Source of the DNA: Octopus bimaculoides
Taxonomy: Eukaryota
Assembly: GCF_001194135.2 (NCBI RefSeq)
Contig: NC_068994.1
Location: 17,529,480 to 17,588,083 of the forward strand
Length of the DNA: 58,604 nucleotides
Reading direction: 5' to 3'
In this document: in pieces, positions 1 to 13,127 of the stretch
How positions within the stretch are numbered: the first letter of the stretch is position 1
Layout: each line of letters starts with the position of its first letter
Translations under genes and position numbers: made by a program
Notes under the pieces: generated by a model
The model's input: the letters and a program-made list of their open reading frames with translations, nothing else
Databases searched by the model: none
Told to the model about the DNA's origin: nothing

Positions 1-243
1 CTGGCTTGTGCGGGTGGCACATAAAAGACACCATTTCGAGCGTGGCCGTTTTCGTGCGGGTGACACGTAAAAGCACCCACTACACTCTCTGAGTGGTTGG
101 CGTTAGGAAGGGCATCCAGCTGTAGAAACTCTGCCAAATCAGACTGGAGCCTGGTGTTGCCATCCGGTTTCACCAGTCCTCAGTCAAATCGTCCAACCCA
201 TGCTAGCATGGAAAGCGGACGTTAAACGATGATGATGATGATG
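1..243 (+). mobile_element. 3' part of an RTE-tailed SINE/LINE ending in (GAT)n
   Basis: GGAAGGGCATCCAGCTGTAG..CCCATGCTAGCATGGAAAGCGGACGTTAAAC(GAT)n; near-identical at 19340-19548 and 55805-55931; decayed inverted copy at about 18652-18960. Confidence 0.85.
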
Positions 244-716
244 ATATATGTATAAAAAGGAAACTTGAACTTCAAAAAGTTATGCAAGTTGAATAGGTGT
301 GTGCGCTTTCACCATTTTCTTTTCTTCTTTTTACATTAAATTTCGGTATAATCATAATGTACATCATCTGAAGGTTATTTGTTGAAAATTTTATTTAGAA
401 TCTATCCTTTTCGCGAAAGTTACAAGAAAATAAAGTCGGCTTGTGTGAATTATCAGAAACTCTTCACCCACCCACTGCAAAGAAATTTTTCCATTGAATT
501 CCAGTATAATTGGAATCTACACCATCCAAAAGGTATTTGTAGAAAAATTTATCAAGGAAATACATCTTTTTCTGAAAGTTATGGGAAGAGAAAGTCATGG
601 GAGTGGGTCACACTTGTGTAGGTATGCTTTCTGTTCAATACATTTCTCTCTTAAGAAAATAAAACTTCATAACCACTGAAAATAAATATTACTGATACAT
701 CTTTTAACAAAAACAG

Positions 717-758
717 GCAGCCAAACCAACATCAATCAGGGAAGCTATTTCTAGATGG
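717..758 (+). CDS. DNAL1: DNAL1 coding exon (AAKPTSIREAISRW); acceptor could be after 716 or after 720
   Basis: cag|GCAGCC...AGATGG|gtaag; matches the DNAL1 N-terminus (human AKATTIKEALARW); phase 0 donor. Confidence 0.85.
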
Positions 759-1373
759 GTAAGTGCACATCCTTTTTTAGTGTATATTAATCAATATAAA
801 ATTATTTACACACACACTTTAGAGTGAGTCTCTGCATGGTTGCTTGGACTGCGAGAAACAGTAGCAAACAAACTCACCCTGAAATAACAATTTATTTACT
901 TATAATTCAAGAACACACTTGATAATTATAGTCCAAGAAACACTGTACATGAAAATAAGCTGTGATGACCACAGCTTGAATGCCTTTGATCACAGGTTTG
1001 CTGAACTAAGCTGGCTTGAGATAAACAACAATATTTTAGCTAAATATTTTGGCCCATGACATGAAATAGTGACATAATACAATACAATACTCAATTCACT
1101 TGTCCACTCACTTTGTAAAAGTCTGAGTAGAGTATCATCCAAATGATTAATACCCTCCTGTTAATGAAGGCCAGCACTAAACTACATTTGGTGGATAGAA
1201 TTAAATCCATCATCTAGTCTGATACCACCACCTGGATGTTGCATGCCATTAGCAGAGACCACTCTGTTACAAGCATTTGGGTCAGTTCTGATACCTCCAG
1301 AGGCTCTAAAAGGGTTGTGAACACTGCCCTTCGTCATGATTAAGTAATTATATTAAATATATATGTGCATATA

Positions 1374-1530
1374 GAGGCGTGGCTGTGTGGTAAGAAGCTT
1401 GCTTCCCAACCACATTGTTCTGGGTTCAGTCCCACTGCATGGCACCTTGGGCAAGTGTCTTCTGCTATAGCCTTGGGCTGACCAAATCCTTGTGAGTGGA
1501 TTTGGTAGACAGAAACTGAAAGAAGCCTGT

Positions 1531-1581
<51 letters not shown>

Positions 1582-1795
1582 ATTTATCTATCTATGTGTA
1601 TGTGTCTTTCTGTCTGTGATTGTCCCCCCCATCACCACTTGACAACTGGTGTTGGTGTGTTTACATCCCCACAACTTAGTGGTTCAGCCAAAGAGACTGA
1701 TAGAATAAGTACTAGGCTTAAAAAAATAAGTCCTGGGGTCAATTTATTCAACTACCCCCCCCCCACCAGGTGACAGTCAAATGACTGAAACAAGT
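1374..1795 (+). mobile_element. SINE family A copy
   Basis: Reverse complement of the 28715-29100 element. Confidence 0.85.
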
Positions 1796-2662
1796 ATATA
1801 TATATATATATATATATACTTAAAAGGTTGTTGGTTATGGCCAGTCAGAGAGTGACCATTGGTTTCACACCTCTAAAGGGTTCTTAGCAGTATAGGTGAC
1901 TCCATCTTTCATGTCTTCAGTCAGACGTTTCCTGTTAGATTGGACGTTTGCAATGTGCACTGATAGAACTTTCTTAAACCCCTATTTTAGTAAATTTAGG
2001 TTTGTTTATACCGTAGACTGCCATTCTTTTCAATCTCACCAGTCTTGGCAGGGTGGAGACCATCAATCTCACCAGTTTTTGGTGCCGTCTTCTAATTCAT
2101 TTAAAAGTATAAATACACTTGTAAACAGCAGTTCAAGGCTGTACTAAAAATGCAATGATGATAGCAATTGAATCTTCTATTTCTTGCTAACCAAACATGG
2201 TTAAATATATTATTGTAAATACCTGTGACAATTATATATATTATCTACCTATCTGTCTGTCTGTCTGTACATATATATGTATATGTGTGTATATATTTAC
2301 TACTTCTGAGGTTCCGCTAGCTATGAAACATATGTAGCCTGGACTTTATCTACTCCATTCCATAATTTTTGAATACACACATTCACAGATATATATATAT
2401 ATATATATATAAATACTTTTTTTTTTACTTGTTTCAGTCATTTGACTGCGACCATGCTGGAGCACCGCCTTTAGTCGAGCAAATCGACCCCAGGACTTAT
2501 TCTTTGTAAGCCTGGTACTTATTCTATCGGTCTCTTTTGCCGAACTGCTAGGGATGTAAACACACCAGCATCGGTTGTCAAGTGATGTTGGGGGGACAAA
2601 CACAGACACTGATTTCTCTGATTAAACATTTGGATTGAGTTGGGTTTCTACATTTGTTTCAG

Positions 2663-2775
2663 GAGAAGGAAAATGAAGGTCAAAAAGCTGTAGAAGCCAA
2701 AGTTTTAAATTTCTCATTTCAAGTTCCTTTCATTGAGAAGATTGATCCAACAGTGACCACATTAGCTGCTTGCGA
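2663..2775 (+). CDS. DNAL1: DNAL1 coding exon (EKENEGQKAVEAKVLNFSFQVPFIEKIDPTVTTLAAC-E)
   Basis: tttgtttcag|GAG...TGCGA|gtaag; 113 nt, phase 0 to 2; aligns to [37 protein letters not shown]. Confidence 0.95.
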
Positions 2776-4060
2776 GTAAGTGTATTTTCTCATAGAAGGC
2801 CAACCATTTACAATTTCTATCATCAAGATCAATTATCATCATACGATGATTAGCTGGCAGAATCGTTAGCACACTGGAAAAACTGCTCAGCAGCATTTCA
2901 TCTGCATTCACATTCTGAGTTCAAATTCCACCAAGGTCGATTTTACCTTTAATTTTTTTTTTTTTCAGGGTCGATAAAATAAGTACCAGTTGAATCCTGG
3001 GGTCAATGTAATTGAATAATCCCCGCCCCAACAAATCTCAGACCTTGTGCCTGCCTATAGTAGAAAGAATTATCTATCATAGTCGTGACTGCAATCACTA
3101 TGACAACAACCCCTGTCTTCCCTAAGGCTGCCACCGTCGTTATCATCATACAAAAACTACCACCATTATCGACACCATCATTATTCTTATACAGGGCCAG
3201 TTTTAAGTCAATTAGACAGATTTGTTCAAATTGGACCCCGCACCAAGAGAGAGTCCTGCACACGTGCTTGAGTGGAGGACATTATGAAGAGTTTTTTAAG
3301 TATATCATTGTGGGTAATGGTGGAGCCTCAATGTCTCAATGCTTTTTAGCTGGGACTGGCATTCAACACAAAGCATAAAACCTCAATCTTCAACTTTTGT
3401 AGAGCAGAGGACACCACTGACAATTCTCTAATTGGGCTCCACACTTCCTAGTGTAGGTCTTGTTCTTAGCTTTCGCCTTTCTTGCATTTTCGATATGAAG
3501 CACAGAAATTCCTAAAAAGCATTAACTTTCTAAACAAAATTACGTTTAGATGGTTTAATCTTATATTGTCAGTATACCTACACAACTGAGCTTCTTCCCT
3601 ATTCGAATTTGTTTCCTCATAACTTTCAAAAAAAAAAAAAAAGAGTGGGGGAGATATATTTTTTTAAAGAAATTTTCTACAAATACCTTTCAGATAATCT
3701 AAATTACGACTATTTCGAAATTTGTTGTGAAAAGACGTTTTAGATAATTCACTTTGTTTTCTCATAACTTTCAGAAAAATGGATCATTTTTAATGAAATT
3801 TGCTACAATTAGCTTTCAGATGGGGTAGATTACGGTTATATAGAAACTGAATGTGAGAAAAAAAGATTGGTGGGAATGTATACATATCTACTGACATCTC
3901 ATAATTTTTTCAAAATTTTAAGATTCATTTTGTAGATGTGTTGTAATGTGTATCAATATGGATGTGTGCGTTCCCATCAATTTTTCCCCCCTCTCAAGAA
4001 AATATGGCATACCTACACAGCTGTGTTAGGTATGCCATAGTGTCTTGAGAAGGAAATATA

Positions 4061-4093
<33 letters not shown>

Positions 4094-4524
4094 GGTAAAT
4101 AGGTGTTGAAACATTTACTGTTTCTGCATTAACATCTGTTCACAGGTTTAAAAGCTTAAGGAGTTAACTCCCCTGTTTCGTGAATAGCGGACGAGCTACA
4201 GTAACTTAAATTATGTTACAAACTTGTTTGTTGTCAGTTCTTGAGGCATATTCGAACCTGTAATAAAACAATTATCTATAAACATCACTGCGTGACACTT
4301 TTGTCCTGTATTAAATTATGCTGTTTAGACAGCAAGATGCAAACTTAATTTCTCATACTGTGTTAGTATAAAGGTAACTTCCGTATCTTGAACCAATGAA
4401 AGGGCATTTATATGATCGCTAAACCTGCTAGAAATAGCAGCCAGCACATCCCTAAAATCACACACTGCTGTCTTATAAAACGATAGTCCATATGAAAATA
4501 TGATATAATGTGTGTTTCAAATAC

Positions 4525-4601
4525 GGATCTTTCTGATTTGGCGGGTCAATACGGATCTTAAACATAAATAAAAAGTGGCGCCCGCCAAATCAGAAAGATC
4601 C
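4525..4601. mobile_element. 77-bp MITE, Merlin-like
   Basis: Perfect 21-bp TIR GGATCTTTCTGATTTGGCGGG; exact 8-bp TSD TCAAATAC. Confidence 0.8.
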
Positions 4602-5104
4602 TCAAATACCCTTTGATCCAGAGCTGTACCAAGCTGGGCGTGTAGTGGAGTTGACACCAACAAAAACAGGTGTGAAGAGGAGCTAAATTTCTTCTAGCCT
4701 AGCGTTTCTCATCGCTGGTCGGGTGGAGATTGAAAGTGAGCAAGCAATTTGCCATGTTTCATAAAATTTAGGTGGATTTTAAACTTTTGATTTTGTTTCA
4801 TACTATGGAAAAGAAAAAAGAATGCTATGGATGCAAGCTCTATTTTATTTTCTCATTAATATAGAGGTTGGGCAAATCAAATATTTTTTTCAGTGGAATG
4901 CCCCCTGGCATCTATCATTTTGAGAACTCTTACTCTAGCTTATCATAACTGTTCATTAAAATTGGAGTACTAAAAATGTCTTTGTCCCTAGGTGCTAAGA
5001 ATCCTTCCTTTACCATAGCTTTGATTGTTGATGTGGCTGTTCTATCAGGGTTGAGTTGAGGTTAAATAACAACAAGAACAACAACATTGTATAATCCTTT
5101 CTAA

Positions 5105-5425
5105 TAATGGCTCAAGCTGTATGAGCTTGTATGAACATGTCCTCCATCTCTCACTAGATTACCCTACCAAGTCTTTACTCTCATTCGACGGAGCAGCTGC
5201 AAACTGGGAAAGGCCTCATGGCAAGTCCCGCACCAGATGGCTGGATATGATTGTGGATGATCCCCAGAGGCTCAGTGTCACCTTGGAGGATATAGAGAGG
5301 CTGGCACGAGACTACCAGCAATGGAAAAGCACTGATGGACCAGGTGGGCTCTCTGCATGAAGGGACCACTAACCTGGGATGACCCTAGCCCCATGAAGCA
5401 AGAGCATTAGGCAAGCAAGAAGCAA
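5105..5425 (+). mobile_element. RTE-clade LINE 3' end
   Basis: HVLH..ERPHGKSRTRWLDMIVDD..LARDYQQWK; (GCAA)-like tail. Confidence 0.75.
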
Positions 5426-5670
5426 GGTTAGTCAATTACATCAACCCCAGTGCTCAACTGGTACTTGTTTTATCAACCCCCAAAAGAATCAAGCGTTAAG
5501 TCAACCTTGATTATATTTGAACTCAAAATGTGAAGCCAGAAGAACAGAACTGCTGCTAAGTGTTTTGTACAATGCCACAACAATTCTGCCAGCTCACCAT
5601 CTTACAACATTGTATAATGCAATAATTCCCAAAGTGAACACTACTATCTACTATAGTCCAAGAAGCTTAA

Positions 5671-5890
5671 CCCTTTAATTCTTAAACAGGCCATATCCGG
5701 TCAAAATATTCTACCTGCTTTATGTTCGAACTGGCCAGATTTGGCCTCTCGCACCAACCCGACACTATCATTCATAAAAATTAACAGTTACCTCATTAAA
5801 ATCTCAAAGCTTCAAGGTAATGCAAGATTAATTCAAGACATGTGAATAAATAAGAATTACTTTTGACAGAATAATGTGAACGCTAAAAGA
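5671..5890. mobile_element. piggyBac-like MITE (other copies at about 22216-22430 and 45964-46150)
   Basis: TTAA|CCCTTTA... termini; shared internal sequence among the three copies. Confidence 0.7.
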
Positions 5891-6119
5891 TTAAAGAGGT
5901 TTTCTGAGTAAAGGTATTCTTAAGGGATATTGTTATCCTTTTTACAATGCCTTGACTTATTATTTTCTTAGAATCTTTTCTTCATTTTTGAAAATTTTTA
6001 AATTAAGTGAAAATTTTCAAATTTGGTTTATAAAACAAACTGTAGTTCAATTCAGAGCATTATATTACAAAAAAAAATAAATAAATAGACAGGTAAGCAG
6101 ACTCACAACAGCTTGGCTT

Positions 6120-6133
6120 GTTACTATGGAAAC
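6120..6133. promoter_or_regulatory. RFX X-box-like motif GTTACTATGGAAAC in a DNAL1 intron
   Basis: One mismatch to GTTNCCATGGNAAC; lies in a ciliary gene. Confidence 0.35.
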
Positions 6134-7170
6134 AGGTTTTCAATTGGCTAAAATTATCCAAAGTTTGTTAATTCAAAACCTATTAACTTTTTATTTATTA
6201 ATTTAAGACAAAATGAACTTTATTTCCATAATTAGCATACAAAGTTACATCAATACATCAAATTTGAAATCAATAGAAGCAAAACTGAAGGAATTGAAAG
6301 GTGAAAGCCAAACAGAAAAGATCCCATTCTTCTAAGTAAATCTAATGGTAACAGAAACTGGATTTGAGATATAGAGCTGAAAGGATCAGTTGAGCAAAAA
6401 TATTGGATATCACTTGTCTAACGTCATATCTAATATGACAGTTAATGAATATGTGCAACTCAATTGCTTTTTTAGCTTTAAGTTTTCTTGTTTATTACTT
6501 TTGTTTTCTAAATCAGTTACACAACTAAGCTTTATTTTATAAAGAATTATTGTATAAAGAATCTATAATGGTTAAATATATTATTGTAAATGCCTGTGAC
6601 ATTTATATATATTATCTATCTATCTGTCTGTCTGTCTGTACATATTTACTACTTCTGAGGTTCCGCTAGCTATGAAACATATGTAGCCTGGNNNNNNNNN
6701 NNNNNNNNNNNNNNNNNNNNNNNNNNNNNNNNNNNNNNNNNNNNNNNNNNNNNNNNNNNNNNNNNNNNNNNNNNNNNNNNNNNNNNNNNNNNNNNNNNNN
6801 NNNNNNNNNNNNNNNNNNNNNNNNNNNNNNNNNNNNNNNNNNNNNNNNNNNNNNNNNNNNNNNNNNNNNNNNNNNNNNNNNNNNNNNNNNNNNNNNNNNN
6901 NNNNNNNNNNNNNNNNNNNNNNNNNNNNNNNNNNNNNNNNNNNNNNNNNNNNNNNNNNNNNNNNNNNNNNNNNNNNNNNNNNNNNNNNNNNNNNNNNNNN
7001 NNATATACATATATACGACAGGCTTCTTTCAGTTTCCGTCTACCGAATCCACTCACAAGGCTTTGGTCGGCCCAGGGCTATAGTAGAAGACACTTGCACA
7101 AGGTTCCATGCAGTGGGAATGAACCCGCAACCATGTGATTGGTAAGCAAGCTACTTACCACACAGCCACT

Positions 7171-7207
<37 letters not shown>

Positions 7208-7344
7208 ACATACATACACACATACAGATAGATATACACACAAACATACACATACATTATGTGTGTGTGTATTTTTAACATGTTCAAGTGATAAAAGCTG
7301 AAAATTTAGCTGAGTGGAATTATTTTTCATTTTCTTTTTTATAG

Positions 7345-7400
7345 GCATTTGTCATTGTCTACAAATAATATTGAAAAAATTGCAAATTTGAATGGGCTCA
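7345..7400 (+). CDS. DNAL1: DNAL1 coding exon (HLSLSTNNIEKIANLNGL-K), LRR
   Basis: ttttttatag|G...CTCA|gtaag; 56 nt; near-identical to human KLSLSTNCIEKIANLNGLK. Confidence 0.97.
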
Positions 7401-7754
7401 GTAAGTTTGTTTTGTGTAATTTTAATGAATTTATTACAATTTTAAGCTACTTCATTTAAGTTAGTGGAATAAGAAAGCAATGATGTAGGGTAGAAACTGG
7501 GTTAAAATCTAAGCTAATCAAAATCTTATCTGTTTTATGGTGCTTACATTAGAAAAAAAAGAAACCTTTTTAATCCTTTTATCTTTTACTTGCTTCAGTC
7601 ACCTTGAAGAATTTTAGTTGAATCAATCAACCCCAGTACTTACTTTTTTTAAACCTGGTACTTATTTTATCAGTCTATTTTGCCAAACTGCTAATTTACA
7701 GGGATGTAAACAAGCCCAATACCAGTTGTCAAATGGTGGTGGGAGGGACAAACA

Positions 7755-7816
<62 letters not shown>

Positions 7817-8560
7817 TGATAAGATTCTTTCAGTTTCCATCTACCAAATCCACTCACAGGGCTTTGGTCAGCAGAAGACTATACTAGAAGACACTTTCCC
7901 ACTCTATTGACAGATATACAAGTGCATTTCTTCGCAACTTATGAACTCTCAGATGACTTACACACTGACTCACGCATGCACACACACACACACACACATG
8001 TTTATATATCTATATAATATGTGTATGTATGTCTTTGTGTCTGTGTTTGTCATCTCCCCCCTCCCACTGCTTCACAACCAGTATTGGTGTGTTTACATCC
8101 CTGTAACTTAGGGGTTTGGCAATAGAGAATGATAGAATTAGTACCAGATATTAAAAAAATGTACTGAGGTTGATTCATTTGACTAAAGAGTCTTCAAGGT
8201 GGTGCCCCAGAATGGCCGCTGTCTGGTGACTGAAACAAACAAAAGATAAAGGGTGAAATTGAAATAGCATGAAGATCAAATCTTTAATGTCCATTCTTGT
8301 CCAATTCTGAAAGGCAAGTAAGTGCTTAATGAAAGGGGAGCCTTCATGATATTTTAAACTGACAAAGTAATATTTATTCAAATTATATGTAGATCTAAAA
8401 TTTTATATATTTATGTATTTGTTTTGCAAGATTCTTGATGTGAAAACATGCGTAGAAAGAGGTATAGTTATACTTGGGAATGGTCATTTTTTTTTTTCTT
8501 TTATCAATTAAATATATGTACTATTTATACGATCTTCACTTTTGTCACACATTCTGTGAC

Positions 8561-8655
8561 CTCATCAGTGACTCTCTTTGACAGATGTATAAACTAACAA
8601 TAATTATTCGTATTAATTTTAGTTTATACATATGTCAAAGAGAGTTACTGATGAG
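8561..8655. repeat. Inverted repeat (37-bp arms, 35/37) joining two back-to-back decayed hammerhead halves
   Basis: Each arm ends in CTGATGAG; the minus arm continues GTCAC..GTGAC AAAAG. Confidence 0.8.
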
Positions 8656-8848
8656 ATTAAAGAATGCGTGATGAACGAACTTTGACAGCTGTATAAGCTA
8701 AAAGATAATACAAATAAAAACTCAAGTGAAGATTAAATAAATAGTGCATCTGTTTAAATGGCAAAACAAATGACTATCTCCAAGTATTACAATAAAATTT
8801 TATAAATTTAATCAAATATTAAATTCACAATTTTCAATAAATTTTCAG

Positions 8849-8904
8849 AAAATTTGAAAATACTTTCTTTGGGTAGAAACAAAATCAAAGTTCTAACTGG
8901 TTTG
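8849..8904 (+). CDS. DNAL1: DNAL1 coding exon (NLKILSLGRNKIKVLTGL), LRR
   Basis: ttttcag|AA...TTG|gtaag; 56 nt; matches NLRILSLGRNNIKNLNGL. Confidence 0.97.
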
Positions 8905-9677
8905 GTAAGTTTGTAACAAAATTATAGATTTTGTGTTTTTTCCTTTCTTCCTTTCTTTTTTTGTTTTTTACAATTACTATAGCATGATTGTTTTTTTGTT
9001 TTTTTTTGGAAAAGCTATCTGGCTAAATTTAAATTTAATTTGCTCACAGTTAAATTTCCTTCAAATCACATCTTATTGTCTTTAAAAAAAAGACAAGGGA
9101 AAGACTTGTTGAATAATGTATATAATAGTGTTCTTTAGTAGAAAGTGGGTTATACATCTTTAGATTGTATACCTGACTTTCTACTATAAAATTAAAGAAA
9201 TAGACGGAACGCTGAACTCCAGACTAAACAACTTAAACAACATTTATTTACTTGGTAAAACATACATATCTTTTAGTTATACATCTTTAGAGGTGAGAAT
9301 AACAAGCTGTCGAGTATAAGACCGAAAGATGTTGAGACAGCTTTAAACACACGTCCTTGCTCAATCGCTGGCCAGCGTGAAAGAGAATGAATTGAGTGGG
9401 AAACGCTTGCTTTATTAATTCTACGCATGCGTAAGACTACGCATGCGCAGGCGTTACTACAGTTCTATATGCAATATGTTTGGGAAAAAAGTGAGGGAAT
9501 TGTGACAGAAATACCTTTGTCATAGACTTGCTCTGTCAAAGCTGACCTGAAGCTAAACAACAATAGCCTCTGGTTTACTTAGATTCTTGTGACTGTATTC
9601 AACAGGGAAGAGCCATAATTCTGTTGTTGATTGATTATTCAAGTTAAAAGTCAAGAAACTCCTTGTCTATTTTCAAG

Positions 9678-9767
9678 GATGCTGTTGGGGAAACACTTGA
9701 ACAGCTATGGATTTCTTACAACTCAATAGAAAAACTGAAAGGTATCAATGTTCTGAAGAATCTACGG
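9678..9767 (+). CDS. DNAL1: DNAL1 coding exon ([30 protein letters not shown]), LRR
   Basis: ttttcaag|GAT...CGG|gtaag; 90 nt; matches [30 protein letters not shown]. Confidence 0.97.
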
Positions 9768-10799
9768 GTAAGTAATAATATATTTGAACTCTTTTAGTAT
9801 TCCGAATGCTCAAATCTAGTGACAGCTTAGTCATAGGAAGAAGGGCCATGGCTGTGAGGTAAGAAGTCTGCTTCCCAACTACTTGGTTTCAGATTCAGTT
9901 TCACTGTGCAGCACCTTGGGCGAGGGTCTTCTACTATAACCCTAGGCCAACCAATTCTTTGTGAGTTAATTTGATAGACAAACTGTGTTGAATCCCATCA
10001 TACATGCTGGAGCACCAGCTTAAGCAATTTGTTTTAGTCAAATGAATTGACCCCAGTACTTATTTTTTGTTAAGCCTCATGCTTATTGTATTGGACTTCC
10101 ACCACCACTTGATAACTGGTGTTGGTGTGCCAAGCAGCGGTGGAGGACAAACACAAAGTCACACACACACACACACACACATGTATGTCTGTATACATAT
10201 ATACAACAAGCTTCTTTCAGTTTCCCTCTACCAAATCCACTCACAAGGCTATAGTAGAAGACACTTGCCCAAGGTGTCATGCAGTGGGACTGAACTCTGA
10301 ACAATGTGGTTTGGAAGCAAGCTTCTTGCTTCACAGCCATGCCTGGGCCTTTATATAATTTCATACACAAATGTGGGTGTTACTTTATTTATTGGTTTTC
10401 ATATCTATGCCTCCTATATTGCATTCAAGTTCCTTTTATTTTTTTATCATTCATTTATTTATTTATTTTGTAATATCTAACTTGCTTAAGGCAGCAAGAT
10501 GGCAGAACTGTTAGCATGTTGGGTAAAATGCTTAGCAGCATATCATCCATCTGTATGTTCTGAGTTCAAATTCCACCAAGATCGACTTTGCCTTTCACCC
10601 TTTCAAGGTCAATAAAATAAGTACCAGTTGAACACTGAGGTCGATGTAACAAACTTACCCACTTGCCTAAATTTGCTGGCCTTATACCAAAATCTGAAAA
10701 ACTTACTTGTTTTCTGACTGGCAGTAATGTCCTATTTTCTTTCCTGCTTTGTTTTTAGTAGGTTTACTCTAAGATTCATGATTCTAGATATAGTTAGGA

Positions 10800-11330
10800 T
10801 CATCAGTATACAGAGGTACCCACAGACAGCCAGTTTTAAATTCCTCTTTATGGCCTGGAGAGAACTAAGATACATATGAGAGAGCTGGAAACGAGGCCCT
10901 GATGGACACTTATCTGCATGCTAAATCCCTCTTTGGACTCATTACTAACTCACATTCATTAGTCATTTGCATAACTAATCAAGTTGTTCAGGAAGGAGTC
11001 ATTAGTATCATCAGCTCCTGTAAAGATAACAGAATGTTTTAGAAGCAACTACTGAGGTCTCAAACTGATAGACCAAGTTATGAACTAATCAGGAAGAAAT
11101 AGCTTTGATGTGATGTAGTTTGGGTTTGTGCTGGTACAGGATATTAGTGCTGCCCTCTTCATAGTGAAGCAACTACAGAGGTTCTTAATAAAGAGCAAGC
11201 TACTATACCAAGCATTCAGTGACTTGGAGTAGGCCTTTAACAGGGTACTATGCCTTGTGGTCTGGTGACAAATAAGAAAACTAGGTGAGGACGAATGGTT
11301 TGTGAGAGGTATGCAAGCCACGAGATGCTA
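10800..11330 (+). mobile_element. RTE-clade LINE RT fragment
   Basis: NY*GLKLIDQVM; ALFIVKQLQ..AFSDLE*AFNRV..RKLGEDEW. Confidence 0.8.
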
Positions 11331-11396
11331 TGGAGTATTTTAACATGCAAGAAAATAATGCTCCAGAGTATTCTCCCTTAAATCACTACAGAAAAC

Positions 11397-11450
<54 letters not shown>

Positions 11451-11484
11451 TGGTGTGTAGTTTCAACATGTTAACAAACGTTAA

Positions 11485-11700
11485 GGTGGCGAACTGGCAG
11501 AATCGTTACCATGCAGGGAAAATGCTTAACAGTATTTTGTCTGTCTTTATGTTCTGAGTTCAAATTCTGCGACGTCGACTCGACTTTACCTTTCATCCTT
11601 TTGGGGTCAATAAACGAAGTACCAGTTGAGCACTGGGGTTGATTTAAGTGACTTATGCCTACCCTCAAAGTTGCTGGCCTTGTGCCAAAATTTGAAAGCA
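11485..11700 (+). mobile_element. tRNA-derived SINE, family B
   Basis: TGGCAGAATCGTTA..GAGTTCAAATT..CTTTCATCCTTT..AATAAGTACCAGT; more copies at about 2850, 5420-, 10495, 15660, 21770-, 31570-, 38785, 41525, 45760, 49630-, 52850-, 54230-, 54510-. Confidence 0.85.
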
Positions 11701-11771
11701 ATATGTTAACAAACATGATTTTAATGAAAATTATCGTTATAAGCACTTTACATTATGAAAATCTGTGACAA

Positions 11772-13127
11772 TCTATATCTATAAAACAGACGATGTTTGT
11801 GTGTGTGTGTACGTGAATGTGGGTTATGCACGCCCACAAATTAGCACGCATGTCGCTCCAATTTTAGGAGAAGATTCGGAATGACCCTATGTGCATTTTA
11901 GTGAACTTTCTCTCTCAGAGGTACCCGCGTATAGCTGTAAAAATCGATAAACTTTTACCAATTTTGAAGTTTGTTGACATGGCGAAGTCAAATCTGTGCG
12001 TACGTGCGTGAAGGCGAGAGAGAGAGAGAAATTGTATGTTTGTGAGAGGGAGGGTGAAGGAGAGATACATTTTCTTGGCNNNNNNNNNNNNNNNNNNNNN
12101 NNNNNNNNNNNNNNNNNNNNNNNNNNNNNNNNNNNNNNNNNNNNNNNNNNNNNNNNNNNNNNNNNNNNNNNNNNNNNNNNNNNNNNNNNNNNNNNNNNNN
12201 NNNNNNNNNNNNNNNNNNNNNNNNNNNNNNNNNNNNNNNNNNNNNNNNNNNNNNNNNNNNNNNNNNNNNNNNNNNNNNNNNNNNNNNNNNNNNNNNNNNN
12301 NNNNNNNNNNNNNNNNNNNNNNNNNNNNNNNNNNNNNNNNNNNNNNNNNNNNNNNNNNNNNNNNNNNNNNNNNNNNNNNNNNNNNNNNNNNNNNNNNNNN
12401 NNNNNNNNNNNNNNNNNNNNNNNNNNNNNNNNNNNNNNNNNNNNNNNNNNNNNNNNNNNNNNNNNNNNNNNNNNNNNNNNNNNNNNNNNNNNNNNNNNNN
12501 NNNNNNNNNNNNNNNNNNNNNNNNNNNNNNNNNNNNNNNNNNNNNNNNNNNNNNNNNNNNNNNNNNNNNNNNNNNNNNNNNNNNNNNNNNNNNNNNNNNN
12601 NNNNNNNNNNNNNNNNNNNNNNNNNNNNNNNNNNNNNNNNNNNNNNNNNNNNNNNNNNNNNNNNNNNNNNNNNNNNNNNNNNNNNNNNNNNNNNNNNNNN
12701 NNNNNNNNNNNNNNNNNNNNNNNNNNNNNNNNNNNNNNNNNNNNNNNNNNNNNNNNNNNNNNNNNNNNNNNNNNNTATATATATTCATATAGATAGGATG
12801 ATAAATTGAATATTAATTCAATTTAAAACCAAGTGGCCTAGCATATAACAAATCTGAAAATTCAGAAAAAATTGTATTACACGTATATAAGGGATGACCA
12901 CTAGGTGGACATCCAATATGCTAGAAAGAGGTCGGTGGTGTTTTCAAAGGGATGGCATGTGTAACCTGATCACCTCTGCCGATCAAACTCTCAACCCATT
13001 CACTCCAGTTGCTACACTGATTCTGCCCAAATTTGACGTCATGTTACTTCGTTTGGTTTGAAATAAAGAACTTGATTAGCTTAATAATCCCAACTTAATC
13101 CCGGGCAAAGCCGGGCTATACTGCTAG
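11772..13127 (+). mobile_element. Non-autonomous Helitron copy 1 (gap inside)
   Basis: A|TC 5' end; 3' hairpin CCCGG-gcaaag-CCGGG followed by CTAG|T. Confidence 0.8.

Noticed and set aside
1810-2145. Possible RLE-LINE 3' remnant (also 3240-3420)
   Set aside because: Too decayed to assign from sequence alone
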